From: Sphacelaria rigidula | Taxonomy: Eukaryota | Assembly (NCBI GenBank): GCA_964200075.2 | Contig: CAXNAA020000003.1 | Location: forward strand, 1 to 57,590 | Direction: 5' to 3' | DNA length: 57,590 nucleotides | Shown: positions 53,601-57,590 of the stretch, in pieces | Numbering within the stretch: the first letter of the stretch is position 1 | How the letters are laid out: every line of letters begins with the position of its first letter | The notes under the pieces: model-generated | What the model was told of the DNA's origin: nothing | What the model saw: only the letters and a program-made list of their open reading frames with translations | Database searches by the model: none | Made by a program: the position numbers and the translations under genes

Positions 53601-53768
53601 TGTGCGGTCTACTACGGTAGTAATATCCGTGTGCTCAACTGTCTCTGTCGCTCTCGCCCGTACCGCTCACCAGAACGCTTCCACGTCACGTATATGAACT
53701 CTTTCTGAACACATCAGATTGTCGGTTCTCACCTGGACCCGAGTGCCCACGACGGCCGGGGAAGCCAT
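2463..53768 (-). CDS. Multi-exon NB-ARC-TPR (NLR-like STAND) receptor gene. Coding exons 53768-53733, 53312-52158, 51868-51554, 50876-50499, 25 TPR exons between 25826 and 15248, terminal exon 2600-2463; about 1720 aa if all exons are included
   Basis: All junctions are phase 0 with AG acceptors and GT (one GC) donors. NB-ARC motifs occur in the expected order, and the last NB-ARC exon (...ADVAEVYALIGALFRLQ) continues naturally into GKYAEAEPLY... Linkage across the 24.7 kb and 12.6 kb introns is inferred; the latter contains an N gap. Confidence 0.8.
4231..4314 (+). mobile_element. tRNA-derived SINE-like head (Pol III A and B boxes)
   Basis: TGGCTCAGTTGG at 4238, GGTTCAAATCT at 4282, then a T6 run; no convincing cloverleaf. 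Confidence 0.6.
4893..4902. other. Assembly gap
   Basis: Run of 10 N. Confidence 1.
7287..7704. mobile_element. hAT-like MITE
   Basis: TIRs TAGAGCTCCGAAATGGT and ACCATTTCCGAGCTCTA, 8-bp TSD CTGGTGAG/CTAGTGAG. Confidence 0.8.
8875..9704. mobile_element. Foldback/TIR element with ~155-bp inverted arms
   Basis: gtcagcgattttca...acgacttccgggctga versus tcagcccgtaagtcgt...tgaaaatcgctgac. Confidence 0.7.
10286..10331. repeat. (GA)n microsatellite
   Basis: Direct inspection. Confidence 0.9.
10573..10864. mobile_element. MITE; a related arm lies at ~33685-33790
   Basis: tgttttcgtgagattgagagtagag / ctctactcttggtcttacgaaaaca inverted ends. Confidence 0.6.
15248..15373 (-). CDS. TPR exon 25, last of array (GKPTEAEALYEQCQAMQEKLLGPEHPNLAATLHNLAGLLEAR)
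   Basis: 126 nt, open, CAG acceptor, GTGAGA donor. Confidence 0.83.
15667..15792 (-). CDS. TPR exon 24 (GKYAEAEALFERCQAMQEKALGPEHPNLAKTLHYRAELLQAQ)
   Basis: 126 nt, open, CAG acceptor, GTGAGA donor. Confidence 0.85.
16087..16212 (-). CDS. TPR exon 23 (GKYAEAQPLYERCQAILETVLVPGHPDLAATLGSRARLFQAQ)
   Basis: 126 nt, open, CAG acceptor, GTGAGA donor. Confidence 0.83.
16492..16617 (-). CDS. TPR exon 22 (GKYAEAEPLFERCQAMQEKVLGPVNRDLAVTLHNRARLLQAR)
   Basis: 126 nt, open, CAG acceptor, GTGAGA donor. Confidence 0.85.
17116..17241 (-). CDS. TPR exon 21 (GKYAEAEPLYERCQAILEKALGPEHPSLAITLRNRAGLFQAQ)
   Basis: 126 nt, open, CAG acceptor, GTGAGA donor. Confidence 0.85.
17482..17607 (-). CDS. TPR exon 20 (GKYIQAEPLYKRCQAILEKALGPEHPNLARTLQNRAWLLQAQ)
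   Basis: 126 nt, open, CAG acceptor, GTGAGA donor. Confidence 0.85.
17887..18012 (-). CDS. TPR exon 19 with GC donor (GKYAEAEPLYERGQAIEEKLLGPDHSELAVTINNRAGLLEAQ)
   Basis: 126 nt, open, CAG acceptor, non-canonical GCGAGA donor. Confidence 0.7.
18305..18430 (-). CDS. TPR exon 18 (GKYNEAEPLFERCQAMQERVLGPMNPSLAATLHSRARLLQAQ)
   Basis: 126 nt, open, CAG acceptor, GTGAAA donor. Confidence 0.85.
18713..18838 (-). CDS. TPR exon 17 (GKYTDAERLYEWCQAIQEKVLGPEHPSLAITIHNRAGLLLAQ)
   Basis: 126 nt, open, CAG acceptor, GTGCGA donor. Confidence 0.85.
19129..19254 (-). CDS. TPR exon 16 (GKYAEAEPLYKQSQAIQQKILGPEHPDLAATLCSRAGLLEAQ)
   Basis: 126 nt, open, CAG acceptor, GTGAGA donor. Confidence 0.85.
19550..19675 (-). 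CDS. TPR exon 15 (GKYAEAEPLYEQCHEMKEKILGMEHPSLAATLCNRAALLQAQ)
   Basis: 126 nt, open, CAG acceptor, GTAAAA donor. Confidence 0.85.
19966..20091 (-). CDS. TPR exon 14 (GKYTEAGLLYQRCQAIQQKVLGQEHPGLATTLGNRASLLKYQ)
   Basis: 126 nt, open, CAG acceptor, GTAAAG donor. Confidence 0.85.
20270..20395 (-). CDS. TPR exon 13 (GEFSAAEEIYERCQAMLEEILGLEHPSLAITLNNRAGLLQAQ)
   Basis: 126 nt, open, CAG acceptor, GTATGA donor. Confidence 0.83.
20685..20810 (-). CDS. TPR exon 12 (GKYNEAEPLFERCQAMQERVLGPMNPSLAATLHSRAGLLQAQ)
   Basis: 126 nt, open, CAG acceptor, GTGAAA donor. Confidence 0.85.
21067..21192 (-). CDS. TPR exon 11 (GKYTDAEPLYEWCQAIQEKVLGPEHPSLAITIHTRAGLLLAQ)
   Basis: 126 nt, open, CAG acceptor, GTGCGA donor. 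Confidence 0.85.
21483..21608 (-). CDS. TPR exon 10 (GKYAEAEPLYKQSQAIQQKILGPEHPDLAATLCSRAGLLEAQ)
   Basis: 126 nt, open; identical by eye to the exon at 19129-19254. Confidence 0.85.
21908..22033 (-). CDS. TPR exon 9 (GMYAEAESLYERCQVIEEEVLGPEHPKLATTLRSRARFLQAQ)
   Basis: 126 nt, open, CAG acceptor, GTACGA donor. Confidence 0.85.
22327..22452 (-). CDS. TPR exon 8 (GKYTEAKALYERCQAMLEKVLGPEHPTLATTLHNRAELLQAQ)
   Basis: 126 nt, open, CAG acceptor, weak GTTGAA donor. Confidence 0.8.
22748..22873 (-). CDS. TPR exon 7 (GKYTEADPLYERCQAIDEKVLGQGHPTLATILNSRAGLLQAQ)
   Basis: 126 nt, open, CAG acceptor, GTGATA donor. Confidence 0.85.
23169..23294 (-). CDS. TPR exon 6 (GKYAEAESLYELCQAMKEKALGPEHPSVAATLHNRAGLLQDR)
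   Basis: 126 nt, open, CAG acceptor, GTGAGG donor. Confidence 0.85.
23588..23620 (-). pseudogene. Truncated TPR exon (only the 3' end and donor remain)
   Basis: tatac|ctgaacatgcaacaaacccacac matches an exon 3' end, then runs directly into intron-unit sequence with no acceptor or GKY codons. Confidence 0.7.
23858..24001 (-). pseudogene. Broken TPR exon: 5' part deleted, telomere-like insertion, last codon TAG, GC donor
   Basis: Exon remnants tcctgcatcgcctggca and ctaagcgttcaacagccccgcac flank a tract of CCCTAA-like hexamers. Confidence 0.75.
24002..24127 (-). CDS. TPR exon 5 (GKYAEAKLLYERCQAIQEKLLGTEHPALAATLGSRAGLLQAQ)
   Basis: 126 nt, open. The donor GTGCCA appears to have been created by a deletion that fuses it to the next broken unit. 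Confidence 0.7.
24409..24534 (-). CDS. TPR exon 4 (GKYDEAEILYERCQGIREKVLGPEHPVFAATLHSRAKLLQAR)
   Basis: 126 nt, open, CAG acceptor, GTGAGA donor. Confidence 0.85.
24861..24986 (-). CDS. TPR exon 3 (GKYTEAEPLYERCHAIEEKFLGPEHVNFSATLDNRAGLFQAQ)
   Basis: 126 nt, open, CAG acceptor, GTGGGA donor. Confidence 0.85.
25289..25414 (-). CDS. TPR exon 2 (GKYTEAELLYERCQAIQEKVLDLNHPDLAATMRSRAHLLQAQ)
   Basis: 126 nt, open, CAG acceptor, GTGAGA donor. Confidence 0.85.
25701..25826 (-). CDS. TPR exon 1 of array (GKYAEAEPLYKRCQIIKENVFGPEHPSLATTVCNRAGLLTTQ)
   Basis: 126 nt, open, CAG acceptor with a unique pyrimidine tract (gtttctattccag), GTGAAA donor. Confidence 0.88.
26515..26651 (-). repeat. Inverted partial copy of the 7287 MITE left arm
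   Basis: Reverse-complement match to ~7289-7440, ending in accatttccgagctct. Confidence 0.7.
26734..28669. mobile_element. hAT-like non-autonomous composite element: two GATACCTAC-repeat modules around ~1 kb of cargo
   Basis: Left TIR CACAGGCATCGTAGGTAAGGTA, right end TACCTTACCTACGGTTTCTGTG, perfect 8-bp TSD CGGTACTC (26726-26733 and 28670-28677). Confidence 0.8.
30969..31170. repeat. Inverted repeat, core of a probable MITE nested in the Gypsy element
   Basis: gtctcaaactcggctcccgg...gtgtcctattttttcaagtgaaagtgat versus atcactttcacttgaaaaaataggacac...ccgggagccgagtttgagatac. Confidence 0.75.
35285..35800. repeat. Two tandem ~285-bp diverged units; a third copy at ~29620-29780
   Basis: Shared ttgcatc...gggcactggga...ggtccacgggcgcctggg...ggttccgc/actgacaccg core. 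Confidence 0.65.
36380..37240 (-). pseudogene. Gypsy integrase remnant
   Basis: VPVARPYERVSV, VLDHLTRYALLIAVP, PYFLLFGRQPRLPIDI, FTPGQKVLLY and VHLAHLKNY across shifted frames. Confidence 0.8.
40265..41664. repeat. Degenerate ~40-bp unit repeats in both orientations, interrupted by the Copia insertion (resumes ~47915-48060)
   Basis: Recurrent atcaatagatttgg...ctatcgata...attgccg motif on both sides of the GGGGC TSD. Confidence 0.6.
41665..47909 (+). mobile_element. Ty1/Copia LTR retrotransposon, full length but decayed
   Basis: 5' LTR 41665-42245 and 3' LTR 47542-47909 (TG...CA), perfect 5-bp TSD GGGGC on both sides, PBS-like GGCTATGAGCCT at 42246, G-run PPT before 47542. Domain order is gag-PR-INT-RT-RH. 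Confidence 0.95.
42479..46790 (+). pseudogene. Copia gag-pol with frameshifts and stops
   Basis: gag (AWDGL..K), protease VVDSGASNHF, WHKILGHPS...CVTC, integrase RIRTDRGGEY and PYTPQQNGMSER, RT WVYKLK..KARLVVQG, LDVQTAFLNG, LYGLRQSP, FVDD, RNase H GYCDSS, STTEAE, NQLADILTK. Split over about nine ORFs. Confidence 0.93.
48495..49867. mobile_element. Large foldback element with tRNA-like heads in both arms
   Basis: 48720-49000 is the reverse complement of ~49100-49400. tRNA-like A/B-box segments lie at 48495-48580 (+) and 49793-49867 (-). Confidence 0.7.
50499..50876 (-). CDS. Exon: NB-ARC winged-helix region (VHD = MHD motif) and linker into TPRs
   Basis: acag|GAT ... CAG|gtgggt, 378 nt. Encodes DEEGAKQEAEFLARSALL...FYVHDLLLDF...LIGALFRLQ. 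Confidence 0.9.
51554..51868 (-). CDS. Exon: NB-ARC helical region (GLPL-like motif)
   Basis: cgtag|GTT ... AAG|gtgcgg, 315 nt. Encodes VAEECGRLALALAIAG...VLSVSLEELGREEQDMFLSLVVL...LAALWEK. Confidence 0.92.
52158..53312 (-). CDS. Exon: N-terminal helical domain plus NB-ARC core
   Basis: 1155 nt open frame from ttag|GCG (ALERTQEAIEE...) to AAG|gtacaag. Contains YVER, P-loop GMGGAGKTTLA, IFWLTVG, Walker B LVVVDDVW and LLVTTR. Confidence 0.93.
53733..53768 (-). CDS. Probable first coding exon (MASPAVVGTRVQ) of the NB-ARC-TPR gene
   Basis: ATG at 53768 and CAG|GTGAGA donor, in phase 0 with the next exon. A pyrimidine-rich acceptor at 53811 (ttttttgccag) means the exon may begin at 53810, with a further upstream UTR or coding exon. 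Confidence 0.6.
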
Positions 53769-54704
53769 TGCAGCGCCTTGGAAAACCCTGACCAAGTGAT
53801 GGAGTTTTGGCTGGCAAAAAACACAGGAAAAGGTAGCGTAAGCCGGCGGTTGGTCGGTGTGACAACAGTGTAATGCTGCCGACTCATCATTTATATCTGG
53901 TTGTCCAACCTTCGTTGTCCGCATGCGTAGGCTGGAAGTTGCAGAAAAGCCGACAGGCTGCAAGAGCGCTGAGCCAACGTTCCATGATATGAAGAGCAAG
54001 CCGTGTGTATACCCGGGGAGACATGTATTGATCCCTCGAAGGTACAGGTTTGTACAGAGTAAGGGCAACGGACGAAAGTATGACTGTATCAATAAAAATA
54101 CGATCACAGCATGGTGGCGACTTGTCCCGTCTAACCTTAAGCAATGCTATTTCTTCGGAGGGGTAAAACTGCGTCTGCGTTGGGTTCTTGTTTTCGGAGG
54201 GCAGCGGGGGATTGTTTTGCACAAACATGGCCTACTCGTTCGAAGCCACTTCCTGATGTGCTCGTGGCGACAAAATATCAATGCTCTGATCGGCGTGTTT
54301 GCCGCGGGGAGCAGGGGGTGTGGGAGCGACAGGGGCGGCGGCAGAAATAGGGTTGGATCCATTGTACGACTATGTTGCGCACGTGCCGCCCGTGCTCTTT
54401 GCAGTACATACGTACTCTCGGTGGTGAAGGCCTCTTCGATGGCCCATGCTGAGATATTCACTACTTCTCTATGTTGAGACCAAGGGGAATGGGTGACGAC
54501 GACGGACCACATTCGAAACACTGTACAATTGTGTAATGCACGTATCGTCCGCACTATGTCACAATTATTTCGACGGGTACTCAAGCATTTTTCACCCACT
54601 CTTTCGCCTGAACGTACGTGCTCTTGCCGAACCCGTGGATGGATTCGAAGCATTCGGATATAAGTCGCGAGTATAAGTTGAATCATACTAACGACAACAG
54701 AATG

Positions 54705-55618
54705 CAGGGCTGCACGCGGGACTTCGGGACGGGACCTTTTTCATCTCACCAAAAAAAGCGGGACTGAACGGGAACGGATTCTCACCGCCAAATAATGACG
54801 GGACTGGAGGACAACTTCGAGGAACGGACTGGACGGGACATGAATTCCCGTCCAGTCTCATTCTCGCAGGAACGTTCCCGTTGCGCTTTTTTGTCCCGTC
54901 CCATTCTGTCCGTGTGGAAATGTACGCAACCCTCCTGGATAAGAACGGCGAGACCATACTTTTGTGCAGCGACACTCGGACACGCATACGAAGAAAACTA
55001 CCACCGGTGCTGCAGGCACAACATCCGACAACGGCAGTGCAATCGGCGCAAAATTTCGACGGGAAAGCTGTCCGGTGCCGAAATCCCGTTACAAGCTCTC
55101 GGTTCCATAGTTTGTAACCGTTCATCCTTTCATGTGAAGTTTATTTTCAGAGTGGGCTGTGGAAGGGACCACAGTATGGAAAAAAAAACATTCTCACATT
55201 CCACATATTGTAACGATACTCTCAAGTTTTTGCTCGATGGGACGGCAAGTCTCCCGTGAAATATATCGGAGATTCTCCCGAGGGGACGGGACGGCGCGGC
55301 ACGGTAAAATGTTCTCGTCAGGACGGAACGGTAACGTTTTCCGGTCAAAACAAAAAAACGGCACGGGACGGGATAGTTTTTCGGCCGTCAAAAATACGAC
55401 GAAACGGGGATTCCCTCCCTGTTTCGTCACGTGACATTCCCCGTGAGCTCTTTTTCCCTTGACACGTTCTGGCAGTATGCACTCAACGTTTTCCCTGTTT
55501 TCTGGAAGTTGCGAAAAAATGTTGGCGGATTGGCGCACGAAAGCATGCACAGCGATGCCCGAGATTTGTCCAAGCAACATGCTTTTGTTCTCGGTCTCAC
55601 GAAGCACCCACAGCCCCG
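54705..55618. mobile_element. Probable non-autonomous DNA transposon with GGGACGG subterminal motifs
   Basis: Starts CAGGGCTG, ends CAGCCCCG, many gggacgg/ccgtccc motifs; no clear TSD. Confidence 0.45.
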
Positions 55619-56039
55619 AGAAAATCCACATTTCGATTTTGGAAGTAAGACATAATCGCGTCCATGAAGTTGTTTCGAAATGAATGATGACATTTTTCCT
55701 GTTTCCGCCCTGGCCTGCCTTCCATTTATTGCCTGCAATTCAAACGCGTTCTCGGAAGACTACTACCGAGGCCGCGACGTGAACATCTCGGTGATCGGAG
55801 TTGTCCATCAAAATCTATTCTACATTTGCCCCCATTACCTCCAGCAACCCCCAGATCACCCGTGGTCAAATTCGGCTTCGGGTCAATTTGTCAATGGCAA
55901 CACGCCTCTTTATCAAAGCAGGCGGACGTTGAGTGCTTGCCTAGAAACCAGTGAATAAGAAACCCAGACCGCTTCGTTTGGCCAAGTCACGTGGATGTAC
56001 GTTATAGTATACTGGAGAGGCGTTGATGTACATGCCGTC

Positions 56040-56471
56040 CACAGGAACCGTAGGTATGGTAGGTACCCGGTACCGGTATTTGGGACATCTCATACCCTAC
56101 CGATACCGATCCAATCGGGTATTTTCAAATGTCATACCTACGATACCTGCGATACCAGGGTATTTCGAGATTTCAATACCTACCGTACCCGCCCAATCCG
56201 GTATTTTCGAAACTCGCACCTACGATACCTACGGAACCAGGGTATTTCGATATTCCGATATCTACCGTACCCGCCCGATCCGGTATTTTCAAAACTCGTA
56301 CCTACGATATCTACGATACCAGGGTATTTCAAGGTTTCAAGACCTACCGTACCCGCTCAATCCGGTACTTTGAAATGTCATACCTACGATACCAACGCAT
56401 ACCACGGTATGGGATACCCCTGTAAATACCGGGGGTACGCTCGGTACGGTACCTTACCTACGGTGCCTGTG
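56040..56471. mobile_element. hAT-like MITE, single-module member of the same family
   Basis: TIRs CACAGGAACCGTAGGTATGGTA and TACCTTACCTACGGTGCCTGTG, 8-bp TSD ATGCCGTC/ATGCCATC, internal ~65-bp tandem units. Confidence 0.85.
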
Positions 56472-56954
56472 ATGCCATCATATACCAGTAAGCGGGCTAA
56501 CACTACCACTGTGATGTATGCAAACGACATACCCGCCGCCTTGCTCCAGAGGCCATGTCATTTCAAGGCGTTGCTAGCGTATCTCCTGAATGTTTGGATG
56601 CCATACTGCATGTCTCGTATCATCTCAACAGTAGTCGTATGGTACCGCGCTGCTGCTATACCGTACGGACCGGACTTGGTTCATCAGCCACTCAATACAA
56701 CAGGCCACAGTAGTACTGTGCCCTGGCTTTCCACTGCAGACAGTACAGCACGCTGAGCAGTGATGAAGACTAGTCCCACCACTTGAGACAAAAAAAAGTG
56801 CCACCGGCGATTTGTTCCTCAAGGTTCGAGAGTCAATACCTGAAATTTGAAGAGAGGTGTGAATCGATCATTTCAAGCCATTTCTGGAAGCTTGCTCACG
56901 CTTATCAACACAAACCCATGTATTTGCAAAACTTCAAGCCGTTTCTTGGACTCA

Positions 56955-57420
56955 GGCTACTTGTCTATCGAAAAATACATTTTGTTGAGTGCATTTTTGA
57001 CCCTTCTTCATCGTTTATCGCCCGAAAAGAGGGCCAGGGGGAAGTTGACACCTTGGAATGACTTGCTGTGCTCGTTGAGACCGTTCCAGAGCGCCCTTGC
57101 GTTTTCCGTAGGTCGCGATTTCGCTTTTGGCCACACTCGCATTTTCAATAACAGACGGGCAAGTTATCAGAAAACAGTGGGAAAACTTCCATTTTTTTTA
57201 TAATTTGACCGTTTGTTGTTGAAAATGCAAGTTTGGTCAAAAACAAAACCGTGACTTGCAGGAAACGCAAAGGTGCTCTGGAATGGTCTCGACGAGCACA
57301 GCGTCGTCATTCCAAGGTGTCAACATCCCCCTGGCCTTCTTTTCGGGCGAAAAACGATGAAGAAGGGTCATAAGTGCACTTTTCATCAAGTTTCATCTTT
57401 CGATACATAAGAAGTAGCCT
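56955..57420. mobile_element. Foldback MITE related to 721-1191
   Basis: Long imperfect palindrome; shares ttgacaccttggaatgacttgct...gttccag with the 721 element. Confidence 0.8.
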
Positions 57421-57590
57421 CACGCACTGAAAATTGGAAACAGATGCTGCTGGTCATTACGGAACTTGCGATGGGTTTTCTCTTCCAATCGTTACGGGCG
57501 GGGGGGGGGGGGGGGGGGGGAAAAACACCAGAAAAAAAAAGGAGGACGGCAGCACACGAAAGAAAAGAAAAAAAAAAAAAAAGAAAAAAA

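Noticed and set aside
54147-54686. 179-aa minus-strand ORF as the first coding exon
   Set aside because: No recognisable domain and no clear in-phase donor; it may be 5' UTR or promoter sequence.
55995-56756. 253-aa ORF and the similar YLRYLR/TIPTIP ORFs at 26811-28712
   Set aside because: They are translations of the stop-poor GATACCTAC subrepeats of a MITE.
57495-57590. Poly-G and A-rich tail as a functional element
   Set aside because: Low-complexity sequence at the window edge with nothing to support a function.

Overview
Eukaryotic, intron- and transposon-rich DNA; the gene architecture and TTAGGG-like repeats suggest a brown alga or other stramenopile (inference). Almost the whole window is one ~51 kb minus-strand gene (about 53768 down to 2463) encoding an NLR-like STAND receptor. 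The order is: helical N-terminal domain, NB-ARC (P-loop GMGGAGKT, Walker B LVVVDDVW, GRLAL, VHD), a 24.7 kb intron, an array of 25 intact phase-0 126-nt exons each encoding one 42-aa TPR, a 12.6 kb intron and a divergent terminal TPR exon. The array (15.0-25.8 kb) is built from a ~420-bp exon+intron unit. It shows hypervariable residues on one helix face, a recently copied three-exon block, two broken units (one with telomere-like filler) and weak or GC donors, consistent with a receptor diversified by exon shuffling and/or alternative splicing. The giant introns hold a Copia element with LTRs and TSD, a decayed Gypsy element with both LTRs, hAT-like MITEs including a composite element carrying cargo, foldback elements and tRNA-derived heads. 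Most ORFs in the supplied track are spurious. The gene model is read from splice signals and motifs only and needs RNA support.
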